This document shows positions 1 through 10,059 of a DNA stretch of 37,799 nucleotides, one piece after another. A program made the translations under genes and the position numbers. Origin of the DNA: Dicyema japonicum (lineage: Eukaryota; Animalia; Dicyemida); the NCBI GenBank assembly GCA_011109175.1, contig RDEW01000007.1:1016980-1054778 (forward strand), in the 5' to 3' direction. Under the pieces are notes generated by a model. That model saw only the letters and a list, made by a program, of their open reading frames with translations, did no database searches and had not been told where the DNA came from. Numbering within the stretch: the stretch's first letter is position 1; each line of letters begins with the position of its first letter.

Positions 1-449
1 GTTCCTGGTTAGCGGGGATTCGTAAACTGAATCTTGTAAAAGAGTTATTTTCTTTTCTGTGGTGATTATCGGAGGAATATTCGGTTCTTTTATACAATTT
101 AATTTAAATGAAAAAAAATCGCCTCGTTAAGAACATCGATCATATCATTTTCATAGATAATACCTGTTGCATTAGGTTTTAGATTCTGAAAACTTCTAAG
201 ACAAATATATTATGAACAGGATTGGAGATACGCTAATTTTTTAGATCTGCATTTCTCATTTTAAGTGCGATGCGGGTGTCATCCTGCAAGGGCGTGCCTA
301 GAGGGGGCCATAAGGGCAGCAGATCCAAGTTATATAGTTCATGTTATTAAGTTATGATCACTTTTTTCTCTACTTTTTCTCATCATAGATAAGATCGACT
401 GCTAACGATCACGATCACCATGCTCTACTGACATCAAGCGCATGGGTTT

Positions 450-657
450 TAATCGATGACAGCGCCTGTCAAGTTTATCTTTGATCAGCATTGAAAATAA
501 ATTCCTCACAAGTTAGGTGAAAGAAGCTGTGGTGCAGATTTCAGTGAATACACCCTGCGGAAAGGATCGTATATAAAGGACTCACATGCAACAAAAAGAA
601 AAAAGGAAGTGAAGAGCATTCTTTGGTTCTCCCTTTCTACGATTAGTTATCATAACG
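450..657 (+). mobile_element. Diverged copy of tRNA-derived SINE family A: inverted 5' half (450-541) joined to forward 3' half (542-657)
   Basis: 542-657 matches 21345-21450 (ctgcggaa...aaggac...gaagtgaaga.catt...ggttc...acgattagtta). 450-541 carries the anchors gatgac, tgtcaag, agcat, aggtgaa, agattt in the order of the reverse complement of 21268-21347. Confidence 0.6.
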
Positions 658-669
658 TAACAAAACAAT

Positions 670-900
670 TAAAGTAATTGAATGGCTGTTTTCCCTGACA
701 AATACCAGAGAAATCCTTTTGAACGGCCATTCGGTTTCCCGACGTTTGTTACTCGCTTTCGTTATTAGGACCCAAGCAATCTTAAAAAAGAGAACGTCTT
801 GGGCCCGAAGATTCCGCTCGTCTCTACAGCAACGGGATTAATTTGATTGTTTTGTTACGCCTGGTCAAGCTGTAGGAAATATGGATCTCACTAAAAGTGC
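670..900 (-). mobile_element. CRE-clade retrotransposon, degenerate endonuclease C-terminal fragment
   Basis: Minus-strand translation PVAVETSGIFGPKTFSFLRLLGS...RETEWPFKRISLVFVRENS parallels the FVPIAIETSG...WLRQRIGIAVIRGNA end of the 4749-7849 element. Confidence 0.65.
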
Positions 901-1350
901 GGTTTATTTTTTGGCCTTTTTCTCTGTTTGCTCGAGTACGAAGTGTTCGTAATTTTTTCGATTTTCTGAGTTTCTACTCGCAGAATTAGAAGCGAAAACA
1001 TTTCGGTTTTTTGATCGTATAGAGGTCTTGTCTATTAGCAGTTCCGGTTTTTTACATTTGATTTCCTTTAACATTTTATGAGGATATACCTTCCAATGTA
1101 TCATACTTTTAGCAAATGTTACTTTGTTGGATAGTTTCGCCATTTACCAAACTCTTAACACACATTAATGTACCATGTTGGTTATTTTTTGTCCCAGTCA
1201 ATGTAGTAATGTGCCTTGCTGAGTGTTTGAATGTAGTATTGCACATATTCAATTTATTCATGTTACAAAATTCAACCATATTTTCTCTAGGAAGATTTCT
1301 TCTGTTTCTTCTTTGTGATCCAAGGACTCCGTCATGTGCTTAACAATCCA
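900..1350 (-). mobile_element. APE-type LINE (RTE/Proto2-like) endonuclease fragment
   Basis: Minus frame GVLGSQRRNRRNLPRENMVEFCNMNKLNMCNTTFKHSARHITTLTG fits the APE NTxF...HxTTW region and resembles the 23851-26610 element. Confidence 0.65.
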
Positions 1351-1662
1351 GTTTCCAGCAAAAAATAAGAAACGGGAAGTGGACAGTTTTGCATATATAA
1401 TTAGAGGGCTTCATAAAACTCTTCTGGCTCTTTTATGTTTCTTGCAACTTTCTCAGAAGTGAGGGCATAAAGAGATTGGGAAGGAAGGAACACAAACTAA
1501 TAGTCAATAAAATTCATCATCTGATAATGGTAAATTAAGTAATTCAAATTAATAATAAAATTTAAATATAAAAAAAACTATGTGATAAAAAGTCGCAAAA
1601 ATAAAAATGAAACGTGCAATTCTTTATTTTTCAAATGAAATTAAAAATATTGGGTTTTCCCA

Positions 1663-1777
1663 TCAACAACGACACTTCGTCAACCAATAACGACATATGG
1701 TCAATGAATAACGACAATAATCAATCAACAATGACACAAATGCAATCAATAACGAAAATAGTCAATCAATAACGACA
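1663..1777. repeat. Degenerate minisatellite, about 6 units of 20-22 bp
   Basis: Recurring core tcaa.caataacgaca (tcaaccaataacgacatatgg, tcaatgaataacgacaataa, tcaatcaataacgacagaa). Confidence 0.75.
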
Positions 1778-1799
1778 GAAAACTTAATTTTTATATAGG

Positions 1800-2635
1800 T
1801 CAAGAGGATTCTACACTCCTACCCGAATTCTCAATTGACCAAGACATAATCCACGCACGAGAAGCCTGGAATGCCACCAACCTCCCCCTGCCTCTTTCAC
1901 AAGACTGCCAGCGAATCCTGGACAATTTATTGTGCTGGAAATCATTTGGACTCCTACTGGAATCGGCCAATCAGCACCGACGCGCTTGTTTGCTTTCGGG
2001 GGCTTCCCTTGAGAGCGGAGCTTGGCTAAACGCCATCCCAAATGGAGCTCTGGGCATCTTTGCTGATAACGAATGCGTTAGAATTGGTATCTCTCTGCGG
2101 CTAGGACTGAAAGTATGTGTACCTCACCCGTGCCGATGTGGCATCCTGATAGACTCTTATGGCCTGCAAGAAGAGCGCTGGCAGATCTCCAAGGCACAAG
2201 GCTCTGAATGAGATTGTCAAGCGGGTTATGGATGCTGCTGGATACTCGGCCATTCTTAAACCGGTCGGGTTTATGCAGAAGTGACGAGAAACGACCGGAC
2301 GGGATATGCATATTTCCCTTTGAGCACGAGAAACCACTTGTTTGGACGTGACATGTACAGACACGTTCGCCCCGAACAATCTTCACGAGTGCGCTTCAAG
2401 GGCTTGCTCTGCAGCCGTAAAAGCGGAGAAGGACAAACTCGAACAATACGTGGACCTTCCCGATAATGTCAAATTTGTTCCCCTTGCTATGGAGACTTCC
2501 GGATCCTACTCCCCCTCTACACTTGAGTTTTTCGGACGTATTGGAAACCGGATCACCTCATGCACTGAAAATCTCCGTGAACGACGCTGACTATTTGAGC
2601 GAATTTCGCTCGCAATTATAAGAGGGAACAGTCAG
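1800..2635 (+). mobile_element. CRE-clade retrotransposon 3' fragment (divergent subfamily), frameshifted
   Basis: SGAWLNAIP, HPCRCG (CCHC knuckle), RHKALN, RPDG, DVTCTDT, FVPLAMETSG, ISLAIIRGN across ORFs 1930-2211 and 2342-2590. Confidence 0.9.
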
Positions 2636-2900
2636 ACAGCGGTTGATAGTGCTTGTACTTACGGATATTTTCATCTCCTCGAACAGTTTTATTTTCAAAA
2701 GTCATGTTGCATTTTCATCAACCCACTGCCTTATTAAATTTTTCTGATCAGCAGTCAAGATTGTTCTATGATCCCCGCCACGCTTGCCACAATTGGTCTT
2801 TTCATTATTCAGATATGAAGAAACAATTGTATATACAGTTATTAGGAAGACCCATAATTCGGGAGATCTCAGTATTGCCAGGATGATTCTTAGCGTGGTT
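2630..2900 (-). mobile_element. IS630/Tc1-like transposase N-terminal (HTH) fragment
   Basis: TVYTIVSSYLNNEKTNCGKRGGDHRTILTADQKNLIRQWVDENAT*LLKIKLFEEMKISVSTSTINRCL resembles the paired/winged HTH region of IS630-Tc1 transposases. No DDE region or TIRs found. Confidence 0.6.
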
Positions 2901-3039
2901 AATGACGGAGTATAAATTGGGAGTAGAGATGATTTACTGTCAGGTGGAAACATCTCTTGTAGTACCCAAGTAGCGTTTTTACAAAGTTAATCCTAGGCGT
3001 ATAAGACACATTCTTTGGTCTAGACTTCAAGAGTTCATC

Positions 3040-3230
3040 ACTTAGTTCATGCTTACGATAACAGTAGAAGGACTTATATCCATTCCGAAGATAAGGAGAC
3101 ATTTCGTGAACCTTACTAGTGATAACCATTTGGTTAACAAAAGGGTGAAATGACGCGATGGCTTTTCCAGAAGATTGGGCTCGCAATTATGAGAGGTATC
3201 TCCCATTCGTGCTCAAAACCTGCAGGTAAT
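3040..3230 (+). mobile_element. CRE-clade endonuclease C-terminal fragment (old)
   Basis: 3150-3200 reads MTRWLFQKIGLAIMRG, nearly identical to the motif at 11760-11830 on the minus strand. Confidence 0.6.
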
Positions 3231-3359
3231 TAACAACTATATTTAACAATATTTGATGAAAAAGTTTTATTTGGTTAACTGATCTTATATTGTTAGCAAA
3301 ATTATGAAATTGAATTATGTAAACTACGTAATATTCAAGTAATAATTAATATAAAGTAA

Positions 3360-3581
3360 GGCCGAGTCATCGGGAGCCGTTGGTCCAACAACGGCTGAGT
3401 TCTTGCGGGAACTCAGATGAATGCTTGCCAGAAAGAAAAGGGATCAACGAGAAGGGTTACGGCTGAAACAAAAGATTGGAATCGCCATACTCCGAAGGAA
3501 CTCGTTCTCGATCCACGCAGCCGGCTTCCTCAACTAAAATTTGTTTCTTTGTTTATTAGTTTTCTTTAATTTGCTTTAAAA
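3360..3581 (+). mobile_element. 5'-truncated CRE copy with short poly(A)
   Basis: ESSGAVGPTTAEFL...RLKQKIGIAILRRNSF, closely similar to 32237-32658 (-). A7 tail and possible 7-bp TSD aaagtaa (3353-3359 / 3582-3588). Confidence 0.8.
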
Positions 3582-4099
3582 AAAGTAAAGTCAGAAAAAT
3601 AAGAACAGCAAGAAAGAATCTCATCATATTGCACATTTAAACAAAATTTGGCTATCAAATAGCTCCAATTCGTATAAAAATAAACAAATACAAAATTTAA
3701 AAATTTTGCTCCCATTGAAATTAGAAGACATTTATGTATTAATTCTCGATTCGAATTATTCAAATTAATTTCACACTTTTTTAAATTAAGAAGATTGGTT
3801 CAAAACACGAATACGTAATTATATTTGTAATATTTCACCGGCAACTTAATCTTGTTATTTATATTTCCACGAATGACTCTTTGTTATTGTTATCATACTA
3901 TTTTGGTAAATATAATTTCTCGGATCATTATTTTATATTCATTAACAAATAAAAACGTATTAAATGTGGATGCCAATGAGTAATCCATATTTTGATTATT
4001 TTTATTATTTGTGAGAAAATAAGATTACGTACCGCACCAATAAGAGAGAATCGATATTTATAGTTGTAAAACAGAAAATTCAAATCTGACTGGAACGTG

Positions 4100-4730
4100 A
4101 TTGTAGAGCATTCAATTTTTTTCAAAACATAAATAAGCAACTATATTTTGGTTATATTGCATTACTCGATTCGGATTATTTTTTATTTTATACTTTCGCT
4201 CCAACACCTCTTTTGTCTACAATATAATAGCAGCCTGATTGTCTGTTTTAAGACTATAAAGCCGGAAAACCTAATCAATCCACTTTTGGAATCCTTTTTG
4301 TGTAACACGTCATTATCTCAATTTTACTTTCTACGAAAACAGTACTTTTTCTTCGTCGTTGAGAATGAGTTAATATAGACAATTTTTACTAATGCAAAAA
4401 TAGACGATGCAATATCATGGTGCAACTTATATCATTATCCTTGCCTACTAATCATTTATGTGATGATCAATTATTATTTTTTCTTAACTCCGCGAAATTA
4501 TCCGCTAATTTTTGTATTTCTTCGTCCGAGACTGTCTTCATTTCTTTCTAAAATAGAATTGAAACAAGTTAAGAATCTATTAAATGTCTGTAACGACCGA
4601 TTTTCTAGAACATTTGATTCATTTACTTTATTTTCGGTTTAAAATCTATCAGATTTCTTTTATTTTTTTTCAACATAATTTTCCAGATGGTATATCATAG
4701 GTTAATTGCTTTGGGAATTTAGAAATTCCT
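4100..4730 (-). other. Possible fragmented host coding sequence with a candidate 22-nt intron
   Basis: Protein-like reads KEMKTVSDEEIQKLADNFAELRKN and VLHKKDSKSGLIRFSGFIVLKQTIRLLLYCRQKRCWSESIK; GTAAAT...TTCTAG at 4626-4605. No continuous frame could be built. Confidence 0.25.
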
Positions 4731-4807
4731 CATTTAATGTCCTTTCTTTTTTTTACAGGGAATTTTTGAAAATCACGTGTGGTCTTGTTGTGAATAATTG
4801 TATCATC

Positions 4808-7800
4808 ATGGAGCGTCGTTCATACAATGGATCAACACACATTACACCCGAGAGACTGGACACTACATGCTCTACATGCGGGTTTGCCAATGCACGCAAA
4901 TATGGACTTTTCTGCTCGTCTTGCCGTGACTTTTTCCACCTTGGATGCATAAAGATGTCTCAGCGGGCTGCGTGCTCGCTCTGCCTTTGGAACTGCAGTG
5001 TCTGCATGGGAACTGGTCGGAAAACCCAGAGGATCATTCCAAATGAGCACGTTGAACCAAACGAGCCTCTAGACTTCAATAATATGGACAACCTCTTGCT
5101 CTTCTTGTCGGATCTAAGGAAAGCCATGAAGATCCCAATCAGGATCCCAAGACCCGTCCGGATCCCCGCGGCTACATGTCTGGCCTCTGCAATTGACAAT
5201 GCTCTCACTTCCGACGACCTGGAGGCCTGGCTAAAACTCCTCAGTTTTGCTCCGATGGGGAATTCCATTTATCGACTCAAAGGGAGATCAACGGAATTCA
5301 GAGGAAAGCACGACACTTGGAAACTCCCTTTCCTCAAAAATGAAGAAGAACATCCAGGTTTTCTATGTGCATTCTCTCACCAAGACGGAAGTCAAGAAAT
5401 CAAGACATTCTGATTCCAATCCTCTGTTTATTTGAATGGCCCGGAAAAACTTAAAGAGAGAGTGAACCGCAAACTATTCGAAGGCGACGTCCGAGCGGCG
5501 TTGCGCGTCGTCGCCAGCGACGAAACTGTTATGGCTGCGACACCTGAGGTGCTAGAACTACTCAGACATAAACATCCATGTGCTCCGGAAGATTACCGCC
5601 CATTCGTGCTTCCGGGAAATTTGTCAAGGATGACCGTCACCGAAGGCGAAGTGCGACGCGGCATTTCGTCCTTTGCGGCGAGTAGCAGTGGAGGCATCGA
5701 TGGCTTGCGGCCGGGTCACATCAAAGATCTTACGGCGGAGGCTACTGCAGAAGCTGGCTGCAACCTTGTCAAATCAATTACAAAACTGGTTATGCGTATT
5801 TTGAACGGAGATATTCCTCCCCACGCAAGGGAGCTCCTTTTCAGTGCACATTTATTGGCCTTCAAAAAACCTGAAGGTGGGGTCCGCCCCATCGCAGTCG
5901 GCAACTATTTCAGAAGATTGACAGCGAAAATTGCATGCAGCATTGTCTCTCCGAGAATATCTGAAGAATTTTCCCCCTCCAACTGGGGGTTGGTGTAAGG
6001 AACGGATGCGAGGCGGCAGTGCATGCTGCGAGGTGTTTTTTTGGACAGAATGACGAACAAAACCCACACATTGGGGTCAAGCTGGACATCTGCAATGCCT
6101 TCAATTCATTGAGGAGGGATCAAATTTTCGAAACTACAAGCAAACGAGCCCCGGAACTTATTCCACTTGTCTTCCTCGCTTACGGAACAAATTCTTCACT
6201 GGTTTTCGGGGACAAGATTATCTGTTCGGAGACCGGAGTTCAACAAGGAGACCCACTTGGTCCACTACTCTTCGCTCTGGCCATCGATGAAATTGTCCGC
6301 TCTATAAACACACAACTTAACCTTTGGTATCTTGATGACGCCACAATTGGAGGGCCGTGGAGAAAAGTACACGACGTTCTGTCACATGCCGTGCCAGCAC
6401 TACGAAACCTCGGACTTGAGATAAACATAAAGAAATCGGAGCTAATAAATATCACATACTCGGAGAGTGATTTCATCAACGTGGTCGAGTCTTTCAACTC
6501 GGTATTACCTGGAATTACTGTCGTACCCAGGGAGCGGACATACTTTCTTGGGTGCCCACTTGACGAAAAGGAACTGCGGAGCCATCTACAAACAAAAGAG
6601 GATGAACTCTCCAGAGTCACGGAGAAACTTTCCTTACTCGATGGTCATACAGCGTTTTTCCTTTTGAAGAATAGCATCGGCTTGCCCAAACTCCTATATG
6701 CTCTCCGATGTTCTCCCTGCTTCAAACATCGTGACATCCTCCTGTCACTGGATAGGACATTGAGAAAATCGCTGAATTACTTCTAAACATCCAGTTTGAT
6801 GCGCCGAGTTGGAACCAATGCAAGCTTCCTACACGCCTCGGTGGAACGGGTCTCAGGTCGGCGCTGGAGATCGCCTATCCAGCATATGTGTCATCGCTCT
6901 CAAGTGGAAGCCTTTTGGTCCAAGAAATCCTACGTATTACAACCGGACTCTCTTGGGAAAAAGTCTTCGACGAAGCTCGTTGCGAATGGTGTGAAACTGG
7001 TTTGGATATGCCGAACGATCCTTCGAGGCAACGTGACTGGGATGATATTTACTCCAAGAATATCTTCGACGTGCTAAAGTCTGAGGCCAACCAGCATCGT
7101 CTTGCATGCCTCGTGTCCGCCGCCAACCATGGGAGCGGAGCGTGGCTGGATGCACTCCCGTCTTCCTCCCTGGGGACCCTATTGGACGATGACTGTATTC
7201 GGATTGGAATCGCACAACGCCTGGGAGCTGATGTTTGCGTCGAACACCAATGTCGCTGTGGAGGGATCGTCGATGCCAAAGGGCTGCACCCGCTCTCGTG
7301 CAAAAGGAGTGCGGGCAGAGCACCCCGCCATGCTGCTATGAACAACATTGTCTTGCGAGCTCTTGAAGCGGCAGGCTTCCCGGCAGTATTGGAACCTGTG
7401 GGATTGGACCGCGGAGATGGGAAAAGACCGGATGGGTTAACTGTCTTTCCGTTCACTGAGGGAAAATCGCTCGTATGGGACTGCACTGTTGTGGATTCTT
7501 TCTCGAACTCGATGATGCTCAGCTCGGCGCAGTCTGCTGGATCGGCAGCCGATCTGGCCGAAAAAATCAAGATTAAAAAATATGGCGAAATTGGAGACCG
7601 CTACCGTTTTGTACCGATAGCAATCGAGACGTCTGGTGCGGCTGGAAGTATTACAGCCTCTTTCCTAAAGGAAATCGGGGGAAAATTGGCCCACCGCAAG
7701 AAAGACGTGCGGGAAGCGGTCTGGCTGAGGCAAAGAATTGGTATCGCTGTTATTCGCGGAAACGCTTACTCCGTGATGTCAGCAGCCGCTCTCCCCATAG

Positions 7801-7811
7801 TTAATAAATAA
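4808..7811 (+). pseudogene. CRE polyprotein (~1,000 aa): PHD finger, reverse transcriptase, CCHC knuckle, PD-(D/E)xK restriction-like endonuclease; 4 frameshifts (~5250, ~5428, ~5970, ~6774)
   Basis: RT motifs RPIAVGNYFRRL, KLDICNAFN, GVQQGDPLGPLLF, WYLDD; [17 protein letters not shown]; RHAAMN; RPDG..WDCT..FVPIAIETSG. ORFs 4706-5413, 5247-5435, 5432-5998, 6019-6786 and 6888-7811 join into one reading. Confidence 0.93.
4868..5005 (+). other. PHD-type zinc finger (C4-H-C3) at the CRE N-terminus
   Basis: CSTC-x11-CSSC-x4-H-x2-C-x12-WNCSVC matches canonical PHD spacing, including the Trp two residues before the last Cys pair. Confidence 0.85.
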
Positions 7812-7944
7812 TATTTTATTGTTAATAAATTTTTGTTTAAAAAAAAAAAAATGTCCTTTCTTAGATATAGGTATGATCTTCCATCGAAAATATAGTAATA
7901 TCATCTAAGTTTAACTTTTGGGTTATGAAATTAAGAGTTTTTTT

Positions 7945-8075
7945 AATAAAAAATTCTACTATAAACATGACACCACATGCACCGACACATTATCCCTATA
8001 CAACATACATCAGAGTGCCCCTGGAGCCTACTCTGTAGCTGAGAAGGACAAGGGATCTCACTATTTACCTCTGAC
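7945..8075 (+). mobile_element. Old CRE endonuclease fragment
   Basis: HDTTCTDTLSLYNIHQSAPGAYSVAEKDKGSHYLPL resembles the WDxTCxDT...AAxxAExxKxxKY region. Confidence 0.6.
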
Positions 8076-8630
8076 AACAGATTGGGAAAAAAGACAGTCA
8101 TCTTGAAGTTTAAACATTGTCGGCATCCCTTTCATCAGATGTCAAAGGATCTTGGGTGTGACAATTGATATGCATCTCTGTTTGACACCGTGAAAAACAT
8201 TCTAGTGAAATGTGAGAAGAAACTGAACGTATTGAAAAGTTTATCGGAAATATGGAAGAGTGGTACTCACCCAGTCTTGATGAACGTGTACAAACAGTAC
8301 ATCGAGCCATGTTTCTCATATGCATGCACCTCGTGGGGACCGTCCATTGCTTGGACAAATATGAGGAAATGAAAAAGAGGGCTTACAGAGTAACGGAGCG
8401 TTGGATTTGTTAAGATCACCGAACCTGACCTACGCCTCTGGAGGCCTCTTATGAGACTAGACTCCAGATCACGGGAAGGTTGCCTTGAAAATTCAGGCAG
8501 CCGTCCTGTACGTTCATGCGCGAGCACGAAAAAAGAACACCGGGAAAAGATGAGGTCTCTGTTAAAATGCATCGGGATCACGTGATGATTAGTTTGGTTT
8601 TTACCGTGGTCTTGGGTTAAATAAAAATGG
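8075..8630 (+). mobile_element. I/Jockey-group LINE 3' fragment
   Basis: KDLGVTID...KCEKKLNVLKSLS..W...VLMNVYKQYIEPCFSYACTSW. Ends ...MRSLLKCIGIT* plus 3' UTR tagtttggtttttacc shared with 12855-12990 and 13056-13445. Confidence 0.75.
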
Positions 8631-9198
8631 CAAAAATGTTGTAGTTATGACTAATTCTGTATAATGAATTAAATGAAGCAACCAGAATCGCATGGTCTCA
8701 AATAACGAGTGAAACTCAGTCGAACAGGAACATCGTTCACGTAGGTAAGTCTGATCCCAAAGTCGATTAAGAAATTCTACTGTAAATAGTCTCGTGGTAT
8801 CGGAAATCTCAACAGATAGAAAAATAAACAACATTCCATGTAATTGTCAATAATCAATATTTGATTATAATGTTAAAAATCAAATGACCAACTGGCTTAA
8901 CGGTTAGTTGGTTACAGCTTGGTGTTTCAATTCTGTTTGCTTCGGTTTGTTCTGACCCATAAAAGGAAACGGGTCTTTTTTCGGTGTTCTTTAATGACTT
9001 TTAAACATTCATTCAAACTGAAGGGGAAAAATCGTCTTTAAACTTGTAGCATCTTAAACAAAATAAAGGGGTTCCAAAAATGATTGGAATCCAGTCGCAA
9101 AAAGAGACATCGCTTTACAATTCCGTCGATGCCGGCATGAATCGGAATCCAGCCAATGCTGAGACCACAAGAGAGTGGGTGCCCGTAATTTTTTCAAA

Positions 9199-9231
9199 GG
9201 GACGATACGAAAAAAAGGTTGAGAAATACTG
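9199..9231. mobile_element. Solo terminal end of a Buster/Charlie-type hAT
   Basis: gggacgata...aaaaaaaggttgagaaatactg (reverse complement CAGTATTTCTCAACC) resembles the right end at 17356-17405. No partner end found. Confidence 0.55.
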
Positions 9232-9282
9232 TTTTAGATATAGCTAATGACTTTTAAGTATCAAAATCAATTTTGTTTATTT

Positions 9283-9406
9283 ACGACACAGCTTTTGAAG
9301 TGGATCTTCCTACCTACTCCCTGACCAAGTTCACTGGTGAAGATTACCATTATTACAAAGATTGTAAGCCTAAGGCCTGGTTAATAATAATAAAAATAAT
9401 AATAAT
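9283..9406 (+). mobile_element. Truncated, internally deleted copy of SINE family R
   Basis: acgacacagc...ggatcttcctacct...tgaccaa...tgaagatt matches 27460-27530 (-); ends gcctggttaataataataa like that SINE. Confidence 0.7.
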
Positions 9407-9579
9407 GCCTTTAGTTTTATCCAAGTTGACCATGTATCTTCGTGATTAAAATATCATATTAATAGTCCTGGGTTCGATTCCCTGGTAAAAAATTTTTTTT
9501 CCTTTTTTTCTGTTCTTACTTTTACGTCGTTTTGAGAGCATCAAAAATAGGAGGTCTTCTATGTCAGTCTATTTAATTA

Positions 9580-9900
9580 AGTCTCATTTTTTATCCTTGC
9601 CAATTCCCTTAGATTCATGCTCTCTGTTTGTTTAAGATCATAAAGAAGTTAGATACATATCATTGGTACATTAATGGGTTGCTCACTTCTCAACAGCCAA
9701 TATTGGGATCTCACTCGAATTTCACTCATGTAAACTGTATTATATGGAGTACCACATGTGAGCCAGTCTATTTTTGCCCACCTCACAGAACGTGATTGTC
9801 TCTTAGTACTTGGGGGATCATTAGATCCATTTAGGTTCAAATTCCACGTCCCCAACATAGTAGTTTAGCAGAGAAATTGCTTAATCACTTAATGCAAGAT
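9580..9900 (-). mobile_element. Highly decayed LINE 3' fragment
   Basis: Weak C-terminal LINE-like reads (LLYDLKQTESMNLRELARIKN). Assignment tentative. Confidence 0.3.
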
Positions 9901-10059
9901 ACTTATCGTATTTTCTAGTAGTTTGATTAAATCACCACAAACTCGCTTATTAGTATCAGATTTGACGTAGTCACTTATAAGATAATATTTATAGGAACTG
10001 CTTAGTGGTGAGAATAATACGAGTATGTTCATTATCTGACAACGAGTAACTTAATACTA

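Larger units (their letters stand above)
4749..7849 (+). mobile_element. Full-length CRE-clade (RLE-type) non-LTR retrotransposon
   Basis: 13-bp TSD aatgtcctttctt (4736-4748 / 7850-7862), A-tail from 7839, ~59-nt 5' UTR, short 3' UTR with AATAAA, internal PHD-RT-CCHC-RLE coding region. Confidence 0.95.

Noticed and set aside
1663-1777. CRISPR-like array
   Set aside because: Units are adjacent and degenerate with no unique spacers, no cas genes, and the context is eukaryotic.
4753-7570. Many antisense and alternate-frame ORFs inside the CRE element (e.g. 7049-7570, 6240-6620)
   Set aside because: Shadow ORFs of a GC-richer coding region with no independent motifs.
4700-7900. Telomeric or spliced-leader target for the CRE insertion
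   Set aside because: No telomere repeats, SL-like sequence or tandem target units in the flanks of any copy.
8650-8850. Exon pair around a 27-nt GTAAGT...TAAG intron
   Set aside because: Splicing gives an immediate stop in the open upstream frame; no consistent model.
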